Shown: positions 53,809 to 64,000 of the stretch, in pieces
Layout of the letters: each line of letters starts with the position of its first letter
Position numbering within the stretch: the first letter of the stretch is position 1
Source of the DNA: an uncultured Pseudomonadota bacterium
Lineage (GTDB): Bacteria > Oederibacteriota > Muellerivitia > Muellerivitales > Muellerivitaceae
Direction: 5' to 3'
NCBI GenBank assembly: GCA_963843375.1
Contig: CAWJKT010000018.1
Coordinates: forward strand, 15,339 to 79,338
Length of the DNA: 64,000 bases
Position numbers and translations under genes: made by a program
Notes under the pieces: generated by a model
Databases searched by the model: none
Seen by the model: the letters and a program-made list of their open reading frames with translations, nothing else
What the model was told of the DNA's origin: nothing

Positions 53809-55980
53809 CTCAAGGCAGGTGATCAGATGTAGCCCCCCGTTGGCGGCGCGCCCGTATTTGGAGAAACGAACGCGCCGCCGCCCCGCGCCGGAACCGCCAA
53901 GTTCAGCGCGGGGGAGTTCAAAAAATTCTAATCGGGCGCTGAAGCGCCATTTTCATGAGCTGTAGCGGGCTCGTTTCGACCTCGACGCCGATCGCTCTAC
54001 CAGAGCCTTCGCCTTCGACGCCTGCTGCGGAGGCGCGGCGCGCTCGCGCGCGACCTGCGACGAGGATCTTATCCATGTTCGGGGGTTTGCCGGCCGGGCG
54101 TCGCTTCGATCAGTGCGCAGATCCGCCGGAGTTCGGAGAGCGAGTGACCGCCCGTTTTGCGGAGCTCTGCCGCCATCATCATCGGCCTTCTCCCCTCGGC
54201 GGCCAGGGCCTCAGCGGAATGCCGCGCACGAGTTCCTTGACGCCGTCTGCCGGCCTCGCGGGCGGCGTAGGCGGAAACGGCGGCTGGCCGTCCTGGACGA
54301 TCTGGCCCGTGGCTGGGATAGGCGTCACCGGCGTCGGCGCGGGCTTCGACCGGGGGCGACCGTCACGGGCCCCGCGGGCGGGTTCTTCACAGGGTTCCCG
54401 CGGGTTGTAGCCGGAGAGTCGTGGGTGCATGCCGCCGTTTCCCCGGGTACGGATTTGCCATTTGTTGTCCTTTCAAGTGTGGGCGCCGTTGTCAGTGGAC
54501 TGTCGCCGTCGCTAGACTTCTTAGGCGCTGGTAGTTGACCAGTTGGTGAGGCGGCATCGTCTTTTGCGATGTGAGCCTCAATCTCGCCGCCGAGACCGGC
54601 GCGCTCGAGCGCCCCAACGACTTGTCGGAGCTGCTCGTCGAGAGTTTCGAATTCTGCGCGCGCGGCGGCGACCTGGCGGTCGAGCTCGGCGAGCCTCTTT
54701 GCGCATCCGCGCTCGGCCTCGGCGGCCTTCTCGGCTTCCTCGCGTCGCGCTGCGCCTCGAGTTTTTGCTCGAAGGACGCTGATCAGCAGCGTGAGGGCCG
54801 TGATCCATCGTCGGAGCCGGCGCGTTCGCTACGTTGCTTTTTGTCGTTGCATGTGGGAAACATCCTCTGAAAATCTCTCGTTTGAAATGCGCGATCGGCT
54901 AGTCTCGTCCTCGCGTCGGTCGAGCGCCCGTTCGGCGCGCCTCTGGCGGCGTTGCGGGGCGTCATCTGGTCGAGCTCTCGCTTCACCTCGGCGGCGATGC
55001 GCGCCCGCTCGTTGATGTCGCCAACGAGGTCGGGGCGAACCATCGCCTCGATCAGATCGATCGCGGCGGTGGTGACGGCCGCGCGCGCCTCGTTGTGAGA
55101 ATTCATTGCCTCGGTTCGGCAGGCGAACAGTGCGTCCCGAATTGCGTCAGACCGCTGGGCGCCGGCCAGCAAGGCCTTCGCCGCCTCGCAGGCGGCTTAT
55201 GTGCAAGTCGGCCGCCTCGACAAGTCAGCGCGACGCGGACTTTCTCCGCAAAAATCTCGTCGCTGATCCGGCGGAAATCCGCGTTCAGCGCCAACTGGCG
55301 CGGCTCGACCGCCTTCGCGCCGTTCACCGCAGAAGCAAGCGACGCAGCCGCGGCGACGCGCTTGCGCGCCAAGGCTTCGCGCGCTCGGCTATGTGCGGCG
55401 ACTGGCGTCGGGCCCCTCGCAGCGTAGTCGCCCAAGGCGCGACCAGGCGGCTTTTTCGGCCTCAGTCGATCGCGGCCTGCTCTGCGTCCAGACGCGGCAA
55501 GGTCGCGCTCGGCCGATAGGCGGGCTTCGTCGACTTTTTGAAAGCGCGCGAACTCCGCCTCGACGGCGTCGCGCTCGGCATAGAGCGCCGCAAGCGGATC
55601 GGTTTCGGTTGCGGGGAACGGGAGAACTTCGGCGGTCATCATGCTTAGGCTCCGAGATTCTGTTGGGAAAAGCGGTGGTCATGGCCATCACGGCGGGCTC
55701 TTGCGCTGGGCTGAGGCGTTTGAAGCCGGCGGCGATCAGCGGGCCCGGCGTCCGTCTTCAGTCACTTCGATAATCCGGTCGGTTAGGAACGGCAAGTTCC
55801 TTGCCGCTCAGAAGCCTGAACATGGAGACGCCGGAGAGGCGCCAAGAGCCGCACCATCGGGCCGGCGGGCTTGGCTCGTCGCCTCGCCGGCGAGCTGCGC
55901 GATAATAATTCCAACCATCCGTCCGCGACGCCGCTTGCGGACGTCAGCACGAGAGCCGCCGCGGCAGCATTACAACGTCA

Positions 55981-57340
55981 TCATGGGCGTCCGGGCCCAT
56001 GGTCAACCGAGTCCCGGCCGCCGCGGCTCGTACGGCGCTCGAGGCCAGCAAATTGTGCGACCATCCGCGCATTGTCGAGCAGGTCGACGCGGCCTGAGTT
56101 GAGCAGCGGGAGGAAGGCGAGATAGATCTCGCTGCGGTTCATGCCGGCCGGCTCATAGCTGATCCCGTGCACCGAGAAACGCTCGCGTGGCCACTCGCCG
56201 GCATATCGATCGCCCGTGACCGTTGAGATGCGGTAGCTTTCAGAAACGTCTCGCGAACTCGGCGACAGACCGAGTCCGGGCTGAAAATGGCGGCTTGACG
56301 TTCGAAGATGCAATCGAGCATAGCCGCTCGCCCTCGCGATGCGCGACGCCATGGTCATCGAGTTGCTGGATCCGCCGCTGGGATCGACGAAGCCGACATA
56401 CGAGACGCCAGCGAGCGGCGGCGCGCACCGATGACTGCCGCGCGACACGGCCGCCTCGATCGCGTCGCGTCGAGACGAAAGCGCCAATGTCGCTTGCGGA
56501 ACTCGGCGCCATATTCAGCCGAGGCCGACTCGGGATCGGCCTCGAAAGCACGATCGACGACGCTCTGAGGGAGGCTTGGATTCATGGTTCGCGACGGCGC
56601 TTTCGCGACCAAGATCAACGGATGGCCGGCGGGGCCATAGTGTCGCTTAAATGTGTCGTAGAGCGCGCCCCGCTTCGCGTGCGGGCTTGAGATGCAAATC
56701 AGCGGGCCGCCCGTCGTCGCCAGCGCTGGACGCAGCGCTCGCAGGATCTCTACGTCCGGATTTGCCGCGACGTCACCGTCGGTTCGCCAAAAGGCAATCT
56801 CGTCGCCGATCGCGCCGACCGCACACATCGCCTCGGATCGTTCGGAAGCTCAGCCGGCCGGACTGTGATGTCGACGCCCGTCGTACAGCGAGATGGAATC
56901 CGCCGTCTACACTCTCGACAAGGGCCTAGAGATGCGGCGAGCCGTTGTGAAGACGCCCGCAATGTAATTGAATGCCTGGCGCCGCCTGCGCCGTGCTGAC
57001 GCGGCCATGACCGGCAGCACGCCGCGCTCGCCCGGCGCCAGGACGTCGCGATGGTCGATACAGGCGCGCCAGATACCCCGCCAGGATGCCCGCCGCGCGG
57101 GTTTTGCCGCCTCGACTGTCCGATGATGGCCCAGAACTCTTCGACCATCTCCAGCGGCTCGCGCTCGCGGCCTGTCGGGCCTTGAACACCTCGCGCTCGC
57201 TCATCCGTCAGTTCCTCCCCACGATCGCAATCAAGAAGCACGCGCCAGGCGGCGCCAACAGTCGCCCGCGAGCAGCGCTGCCGAAGTACCCGAGGATCGT
57301 CGAGCGCCTCCCGCATGGTGACGAGCTTCCGGAGCCTCAT
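55981..57340 (-). CDS. Terminase large subunit-like protein, multiple frameshifts
   Basis: RGGKT Walker A, IGDEIAFW Walker B, ISSP, EYGAEF, FVDPSGG, VTGDRYAGEW. Confidence 0.7.
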
Positions 57341-57547
57341 CGGCGTGCCTCCCGGCGCTCAGGGAGCCGCAGAGAATCCCGCCGCGAAATCTTTTCTTGG
57401 CGCGCTGCTACAGGAACGCGCGAAAAGGGTTTTTCATTTTTGGTCTCAGCGGTGCGCTGCGCACCAGGCCGAGGACATTCTGTGCGGCGGGATATTTTTG
57501 CCGGCGTGGCCCTGGCTCGCAGCTAAGCCGTCGGTTTTCTAGGCCTT

Positions 57548-57814
57548 TCACGGCGCGACACTCCGCGCCAGCGGGCGAGAGAAGTGCTCAGCGAGAGGGC
57601 TGGTCGGCCTCTGCACGGCGGCCTTGAGACCGAGCTCCTTCAGCATCAGGCGAAGGCTATTGCTTAGCCCGCCGTATGTCCTGGCGTCGTGAGACGTCCA
57701 GCTTCCTGCGTCGAGCTTGGCGTCAAAGGCCTCGAGGCGGAGCGTGTATCTGGCGATCCGCCGAATGAGCAGCTTCTGCCCAAAGCTCGGCGAACCTCCG
57801 ACCTGCGCGGTCAA
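57548..57814 (-). CDS. Small helical protein upstream of terminase (TerS candidate; true start probably upstream)
   Basis: Position; SNSLRLMLKELGL. Confidence 0.45.
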   Translation of the reverse strand: MTAQVGGSPSFGQKLLIRRIARYTLRLEAFDAKLDAGSWTSHDARTYGGLSNSLRLMLKELGLKAAVQRPTSPLAEHFSRPLARSVAP

Positions 57815-58341
57815 TTCAGCCTCGCATTTGCGCAGGAATTTCCCCTCCCGCGATCGGCCGTCAAACTCATCGCCAAGCGAGCCGCGCGTGAGTGCGCGGC
57901 AGTGAGGGCCGACTGCGTCGGGTATTCGAGGGTGAAGCGTTCATGCTCATGCGGTGAGTATGAGGCAAAGCGGCGAACGCGGACAGAACAATTTGTGCGT
58001 AGACGTGTACGTCGCTCGGACCTTGCGGGACAAAATGCCAGCGATTTCCTAGATGAATGCCGGCACCTATGGCGGAGACAACCTCCGTCGAACCTCATCG
58101 GCCAGCCCTCTGGCGGCGCTGGAAAACTGCAGCCGGGCGGCGCGTCCCGGCGGCGCGGTCGAGCCCGCACTGCCGGAGCGCGGCGTCTCGCCGGCCGGAT
58201 GGCGGTCGAGCGCGCCGGAACCACGCGCGGCGCAATAAGGCGATTGTCCGGACACGGCCCGCGAGGGTGCGCTTGGCTTCGCGTTGCCAGCGATGGGCCA
58301 CGGATGGTCGAGCCGATGAGGCGGGCGAGGTTGCAGCCTAA

Positions 58342-58473
58342 GCGAACGGAGCGAACGCGGCGAACGGAGCGAACGTTTTGTCACACCTCGTTCGGAGCGA
58401 ACGCGAACGGAGCGAACGTAGGGCCTTATAAAAGGCCCCGTTCGTTCGGTCGCTGCGTTCGGTCGGTTCGCGT
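58342..58473. repeat. Iteron-like GCGAACG repeats around a palindrome (putative origin)
   Basis: Seven GCGAACG, then GGGCCTT-ATAA-AAGGCCC, then inverted CGTTCG copies. Confidence 0.7.
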
Positions 58474-59739
58474 TCACGGCTGGACGAGCGGCCAGAGGAA
58501 CGTCGCCGCGGCCTCGGCGTCACCTATCTCGCGGGCGTTCATAAGTTCCGCGGCAAGCGCGGCTTTGACGCTCCGGCTGAAGGCGGCGCGCTTCGCATCG
58601 GCGTTGTCGGCCTCGTACGTCTTCATGAACTCGGCCCGCACGGCTTCCCTTTCGGCAGCGAGGACTTCTGGTCCGTCGACGAACGGGCGCATTCGTTTGC
58701 CCGATGATGTCAGGGCGTAGTCGAGCGCCTTCTTGAATATCGCGAGCGACCTCGGCCAACGCTTCGCCCTCGCAGGCTCGTCGGCTGGGCGCGTAGTGGC
58801 GTGTTCGTCCCAGTCGACAACGAGCGTCGTCACCGCGTCGTAGCCCGCATTCTCGTAGACGATGACCTCTCGCATCTTGAACGGGATCGCCTCGCCCGTC
58901 GGCGCGCCGCGGACCTTGCGGACTGCCAGGCGCGAATTGCTTACGTTGCCGGCTATGTCCCGGTCACCGAGCAGCGCGAGCACGGCGTCGGCGGCGCCCT
59001 CCTTGGCGGAGGAATTGCGCGTTCCGGTCGTGACGTCCTTGCCGAAATGGTCGACGGCGAGGACGAACGCTTCGGCCTCTCTTGCTGCAGCGTCGAGCAC
59101 GCTCATCACGCGCTGAGCTTCTGCAGCATCGTTCGCGTCCCGAAACTGAGATGCGACCATGAGAGTGTCGATTATGACCAGCGCGAGCGGCAGGCTGAAG
59201 CGCGCCTCAAGGGCGCGGCGGGCCTCCGCCACGATCGCGCATAGCGTTTCCGCAGCGTCATCGGCCGTGAGGCGCGGGCAAGTCTCGATCCAGGCGAATG
59301 GCAAGCGCGTCGGGTCGACGGGTTTAGCATCGCGAAAGTTTTCGATCCTCGCGATCTTGTCGCGCGCGATTCCCTCGAGGCGCACGCGGACCTCGTCCTG
59401 TCCTTCGGCAGCGACGAATAAGACGGCGCCCTGGCGCATGACGGCGCGCCCAGCGAAGGGAGTTTTCGTCATGACGCCTCGGGCCAGGTCCTTCGCGAGG
59501 AAGGACTTGTACGTACCCCATTGGCCGGCCAAGATGCCCTTGCCCACTTTCGGGATCGTCTTGTTGACGAGCCATTCTTTCAGCGGCGCGTCGTCGACGT
59601 CGCCGTGGAACTTGAGCGGATACGCCGCAGCTTTCGCCTTTGAGGCCGCCTCGTCGAGTTGCGCCTCGAATGTGGCGAGGCTCATCATTGGCGGGATAGG
59701 CGTTGCGCCAGCTCCGTCGTCAAAATGGGATTTCGTCAT
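58474..59739 (-). CDS. AAA_25/RepA-like replicative helicase
   Basis: GQWGTYKS, FVAAEG, VIIDTL, VDHFGKD, RNSSA. Confidence 0.85.
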   Translation of the reverse strand: MTKSHFDDGAGATPIPPMMSLATFEAQLDEAASKAKAAAYPLKFHGDVDDAPLKEWLVNKTIPKVGKGILAGQWGTYKSFLAKDLARGVMTKTPFAGRAVMRQGAVLFVAAEGQDEVRVRLEGIARDKIARIENFRDAKPVDPTRLPFAWIETCPRLTADDAAETLCAIVAEARRALEARFSLPLALVIIDTLMVASQFRDANDAAEAQRVMSVLDAAAREAEAFVLAVDHFGKDVTTGTRNSSAKEGAADAVLALLGDRDIAGNVSNSRLAVRKVRGAPTGEAIPFKMREVIVYENAGYDAVTTLVVDWDEHATTRPADEPARAKRWPRSLAIFKKALDYALTSSGKRMRPFVDGPEVLAAEREAVRAEFMKTYEADNADAKRAAFSRSVKAALAAELMNAREIGDAEAAATFLWPLVQP

Positions 59740-60124
59740 TGATCGGCGCCCGCTCGCGTTCCCACGGGGCCGGCCCGTCTCCTATCTGCTTCGTAGGTGC
59801 TGCCCAGGTCGCCTGCCCCGACGAGGCCGCGAGGCGAGCGACGGCGCCCTGGTCGATCGTCCGCGTGCCACGTGCCGGCGCTCTGGCGGAAGGCAGCTTG
59901 TCTGCCATCGGCTTCGCTTCCCGCGGCTTCGGCTTCAGCGCCAGGACGCGGTCGGCGGTCAGCTTCAGCTTAAGCCTGGTCTCGCCGTTGCCATTCGTAT
60001 GTCTCGACGTGGAGTGCGCCCGACTGCCGAAAGCGAGGCGCCATCGGTCAGAGCCCTCAAGCGCTTCCCTAGCGCTATCCGAGAAGGTGACGACTTCCCA
60101 ATATTCGAGAGCGCTGCCGTTCAC
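59720..60124 (-). CDS. SSB-like small protein (5' part frameshifted)
   Basis: C-terminal NDEIPF acidic tail; position next to helicase. Confidence 0.5.
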   Translation of the reverse strand: MNGSALEYWEVVTFSDSAREALEGSDRWRLAFGSRAHSTSRHTNGNGETRLKLKLTADRVLALKPKPREAKPMADKLPSARAPARGTRTIDQGAVARLAASSGQATWAAPTKQIGDGPAPWERERAPINDEIPF

Positions 60125-60221
60125 GACTCTCGACTTGAAGGCCGTCAGCGTGCCTCCGGTCTTTGTCGGAAAGGTCCGCGGCTTCTCCGGACCAGTCGGC
60201 CGAGGATTTGCGGCGAGGAGC

Positions 60222-61667
60222 TCATGGCTCGCCTCCGTATCGCTTTCGTCGTATCAGAGCCCGCGTCATCTCTGCCCACGACCAATCCGAAGAACAGAGG
60301 ACGCCTTTCTTGACGACGTCGATTTGCGGCTCCGGGACAACGATCGGCGGGAGGGCGCCGTAGTCGATCCGGCCGCACGCCGCGACGAGGTCTGCGTTGA
60401 TCTGCTCGACCTGGTCGCGGAGCTGGTTGGTAACCTGCTCGAGGCGGTCGCGAAGCTCGCCGAGAGATTCAGCAGCGCCCTCGCGGATGAGATCGACGTC
60501 GGCGCCGATCTGCTCGTCTATGGCCTGCCATGCATCTGTCTCCCAGGCGTCTCGCGCGCGCCAGACGCGTTGATCGAGCGTGTCGTCGAAGTAGGGCTTA
60601 ACCGCCTCTTCGACGATCTCACGCAGCACGCCTGGCCGGAGCGCTTGCAGAGCGTCGATTTCGGTTTGCTCTCGGCCGAAGGCTTCGCGCCAGCGGTCGG
60701 CACGGCGCTCGGTCTCCTTCAGCGGCGTGGACGGGAGGTCGAAGTCGACGGCCTGCTCGGCGGTGAGCGCGACCGGAACAACCTCGAAGTTGAGATCGGG
60801 GAACTCGAGGTCGCGAAGCGCCTGAAGCTTGCGCCCGATCGAGACAGGCATCTGGAAACCAGCCGGGTCGAAGTCGGACAATGTGAAAACGACCATCACT
60901 CGGCCGTCTTCGGCGCCGCGCTTCGCCATGGCGTAGATCAGCGTATCGGAGATCTCGCCGGTCGGGAGGAACAGGTCCGCCTGGTAGCGGCGGCATAGCG
61001 GGCGGAGGACAGCGCCGAGCGATGATTTTTCGCCGAAGAAGACCAAGTTGTATGGTTGCCGCCCAAAGAAGCCGCTGACGTTGACGCTGACCGAGACGCC
61101 CCTAGACGAAATCTCCTCGGGATACGGGATGGGGACGTAGAAACCGGCTTCGACGATCGGCCTTGGATTTTCGAACGCCTCTCGAGGTGTGAACTCCGGC
61201 TCGTCATTTCGATTGTCGACGATTTGATCAAACGGGGTGAAGCCGAGCCACCGCGCCGCCTTCGCCGCAGTCTCAGACAACCACGACCAATCGGCAAAGC
61301 TGTTGACGTATGGCCTGCCATTCGGCTTCAGCACATCGCCACGCACCACAAGGCTATAGTGAAGACCGCGGAGGTGAGTCGTTCGATCGCCGATCTGTTC
61401 GGCGAACCATGCTCCGTCGATTCGCCCGGCGGGAGTATCGGCTCGGTAGGGATCGTTTTGATTGGCAAGCACAGTGAGAGCGCCGAGGCTGACGCCTTCA
61501 CGCTCGCACTCCGCCTCGAGGCGCGTCTTAAGCGTGCTGCTCTTCGCTTGAACCGCCTCGGCTGCTATGCTATCTTTTTGATTGAGCTGGTCGCCAAACT
61601 GCTCAACCTTCGAAGGCGCGTTCCCTGAAGACTCAGGGGCGCGCCTTCTGCATTGTGAGCGCGCCAT
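60222..61667 (-). CDS. TOPRIM-like protein (Topo VI-A/DUF2399-like)
   Basis: LRGLHY, FFGEKS, LSDFDPAG, EIDAL. Confidence 0.6.
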   Translation of the reverse strand: MARSQCRRRAPESSGNAPSKVEQFGDQLNQKDSIAAEAVQAKSSTLKTRLEAECEREGVSLGALTVLANQNDPYRADTPAGRIDGAWFAEQIGDRTTHLRGLHYSLVVRGDVLKPNGRPYVNSFADWSWLSETAAKAARWLGFTPFDQIVDNRNDEPEFTPREAFENPRPIVEAGFYVPIPYPEEISSRGVSVSVNVSGFFGRQPYNLVFFGEKSSLGAVLRPLCRRYQADLFLPTGEISDTLIYAMAKRGAEDGRVMVVFTLSDFDPAGFQMPVSIGRKLQALRDLEFPDLNFEVVPVALTAEQAVDFDLPSTPLKETERRADRWREAFGREQTEIDALQALRPGVLREIVEEAVKPYFDDTLDQRVWRARDAWETDAWQAIDEQIGADVDLIREGAAESLGELRDRLEQVTNQLRDQVEQINADLVAACGRIDYGALPPIVVPEPQIDVVKKGVLCSSDWSWAEMTRALIRRKRYGGEP

Positions 61668-61670
61668 CGA

Positions 61671-61874
61671 TCACGCCGCGCCTTGCGTCTGGCGCTCGAC
61701 GGCGCGCTTTTGAATCGCTTCGATCTCGTCCTCAAACCATCCGACGATGCGCCCGTCCGGGTCGAGTTTGTGCGGCTTCGGAAACTTGCCGCGTTTTATC
61801 TTTTCGTACAGCGTCGAATTGGAATATCCGGTCGCGGCCAGGACGGCCGGCTTTCTCAGCACTTTGCGAACCAT
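61671..61874 (-). CDS. alpA: AlpA family regulator
   Basis: VLRKPAVLAATGYSNSTLYEKIKRGKFPKP...VGWFEDEI. Confidence 0.88.
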   Translation of the reverse strand: MVRKVLRKPAVLAATGYSNSTLYEKIKRGKFPKPHKLDPDGRIVGWFEDEIEAIQKRAVERQTQGAA

Positions 61875-61964
61875 GGGAGTTCTCCTCGTCCAGCGGGATT
61901 GCACGGGACGCGGAGAGATTTGTCAGCGCGGGTCGAATAGGTCGATCCCGTAAAGCTGCTTCGT

Positions 61965-62570
61965 TTAGCTACGTGAAGCTGGTTCGTTTCCTGAAATTTT
62001 GCCTGCCAACGTCCCGGCGTGAATCATTTCGCTTATGTGGGTCTTCAGCGTCTTGTGCGACGGCGCCTTTGGATCCAGGAGCTTCCAACTATTTTCAATC
62101 TCGCTCGCAATCGTGTCCTGAGACGCCGAGGGATCCCTGGTCCGGGCGACTCTCGCGAGCTCTTCCGCGTGCGGAACCCATGGACGATTGGCCCGCCTTG
62201 TCTGGCCGCCCTTCTTGCCGCCTCTCACCGAGCGCGCAACGTGCTCCTTCTTGTTCGCATAGATCTCAGCGCTGCCGCTTATGGTTCCGCGGCTTCCGGC
62301 GTAGAAGCATGCGCTCATGAGATACCAAAGCATCTCGTAGCCGTGGGTCGCGATTGAAGGCTTCCCCGCCGCCGCGAGCGTCGCGATAAAGTTTTTGTCG
62401 AGCTGATCGAACGAGTACAGGTTGCGCCGAGCGAGTTCCAGCGCCTCGCGATCGCCATCCGTCAGCGTAGGTGCCTGGAGTCCGAGGTCGATAATTTCCT
62501 TCACATGGCTCAGAAAGGAGACGGTTCTGCCACGGGCTGCTGCCCAATCTCGCGGATCGTAGGCGTCCAT
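61965..62570 (-). CDS. Hypothetical protein between int and alpA
   Basis: 201-aa ORF in the usual satellite position. Confidence 0.6.
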   Translation of the reverse strand: MDAYDPRDWAAARGRTVSFLSHVKEIIDLGLQAPTLTDGDREALELARRNLYSFDQLDKNFIATLAAAGKPSIATHGYEMLWYLMSACFYAGSRGTISGSAEIYANKKEHVARSVRGGKKGGQTRRANRPWVPHAEELARVARTRDPSASQDTIASEIENSWKLLDPKAPSHKTLKTHISEMIHAGTLAGKISGNEPASRS

Positions 62571-62573
62571 CGC

Positions 62574-63842
62574 TCAAGCCCGCCCACGAAATCGGCGTGA
62601 CGTTGTCGCCCCGCTCCGCGGGCGGGCCCTCGCAAAAGTCGGCCCAATCGGCCATGAGGCGACGACGCTTCTCCATCATATCGCCCCGGCGGTAGGCGGC
62701 CTCGACCTTGTCACCGACCGCGTGCGCCAGGGCGAGCTCGAGCATCTCGTTGGGAAAGGCAGTCTGCTCCGCTCCCCAATCCCGGAAACTCGACCGGAAG
62801 CCATGCACCGTGACGCCCTTCCCCCGCATGCCGCTGACAAGTTCGAGCATCGCCATGTTCGAGAGCGGCTTGCCGGCGCGCGCGCCGGGGAAAATGAACT
62901 CGCCGTCCTGAGGAAGGTCCGCCAGGACCTCGAGCGCTCGATTCGAGAGCGGGACACGATGTTCCTTGCCCGCCTTCATCCGCTCGGCCGGGACGGTCCA
63001 GAGTTTCTCCTGCGAGGTCAATCTCGCTCCATCGGGCTCCGATGATCTCGCCCGTCCTGGCGGCTGTGAGGATCGTGAATTCCAGCGCCCGGGCGGACAC
63101 GCCTTGCTTCCCGCGAAGTTCTCCCATGAACGCGGGAAGGTCCGCGTAGGCCACGCGTCGTGGTGCTCGACGGCCTTGATCTTCGTCGGTTGAGGAAGCG
63201 TCTTGTCGAGGTATCCACGCCAGCGCGCGGGATTATCGCCCTCGCGGTAGCTGCGGACCCGTGCCCAATCGAGCACGGCCTCGATGCGTCCGCGGATGCG
63301 GCTCGCGGACTCGGCGTCTTTGTCCAGATCGGTTCAAGCACCTTCAAGACGAGGCCGGTATCGATCGCCGAGACGGGCAGAGCGTTGATCGATTCTGTCG
63401 CTGCCGGGAATCGAGGACTGCCGCGCTTCGTCTCGTTGAAGGTCGCGAACCACTGGTCCGCGTGTTTTTCGTTTTTCCAGCCGGCGCGGTTCGCGGCGAT
63501 GTATCTGTCGGCGCATTCCTTAAAGGAAACGGCCTTGGCCGCCTCGGCCTTGCGGCGGCCCCGCTCAGCCTTCTCGGCCTCGATGGGGTCGATCCCCTTC
63601 CGGACGGCCTTGCGGGCTTCCTTTGCCGCCTCGCGGGCCTCGGCGAGGCTGACGGTGTGAGTGGCGCCGAGACCCATCTTCCTGGCGACGCCATCGAGCA
63701 TGAACCGGAAAATCCACGACGTAGTCCCGAACTCGCTGACCTGCAGATAGAGGCCGTGCCCATCCCCATGCAGGCCGGCTTTGACGCCCGGCTTCGACAA
63801 TTCCGCGACACGGCGAGCAGAAAGCTTGTTTGCAGCACGCAT
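62574..63842 (-). CDS. int: P4-like tyrosine integrase with Arm-DNA-binding domain, frameshifted
   Basis: DGHGLYLQV, SLAEARE, TAARTGE, MKAGKEHRVPLS, HGFRSSFRDW, LAH...AY. Confidence 0.92.
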
Positions 63843-64000
63843 AGGAGTCGAACTCCGCGACGAACGAATCTACGCACAAATGTACGCCGCATTCTGTCGG
63901 ACGTCAACGGATATTGTCGGAAGGGTAAACGTGGGAAAGAGGCCGGAGTTATCGGAGTTTCCGGGCCTTACGGGACGCGGTCGGACTCAGGAAAACGGAC

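Larger units (their letters stand above)
47254..64000 (-). mobile_element. Integrated phage satellite-like or defective prophage element, right end probably beyond the window
   Basis: int-alpA-replication-terminase-tail order on the minus strand next to the tRNA-Ser 3' end. Confidence 0.7.

Noticed and set aside
52554..61628. Long plus-strand Arg-rich ORFs in the high-GC half
   Set aside because: Shadow ORFs opposite recognisable minus-strand genes

Overview
The window is almost certainly two unrelated molecules joined at an Oxford Nanopore adapter scar (about 44530-44589). Left part (1-44529): a moderate-GC diderm bacterial chromosome, plausibly an uncultured soil/peat lineage such as FCPU426 (inference from Thr-rich secreted proteins with T9SS-CTD/FlgD-like tails). 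It carries housekeeping genes (yccA, glycerate kinase, acs, type III GS, mutY, ABC exporter), a methyltransferase/PilZ-GNAT-like/V4R-GAF adenylate cyclase module and, most notably, a ~12.6 kb array (31846-44424) of co-oriented single-gene units. The units are separated by ten copies of a directional 30-bp 12-6-12 dyad (consensus TTGTCCACGRCG-GGGACC-CGGATTGGACAA), which suggests an integron-like cassette system using a non-attC site. Right part (44590-64000): high-GC, Hyphomicrobiales-like DNA. It holds the end of one integrated element (primase-helicase, iterons, Xis, integrase), tRNA-Ser(UGA), and a second ~17 kb satellite-like element (integrase, AlpA, TOPRIM-like protein, AAA helicase, iterons, terminase, tape-measure-like protein, no visible capsid or portal). 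Many frameshifts are probably read errors.
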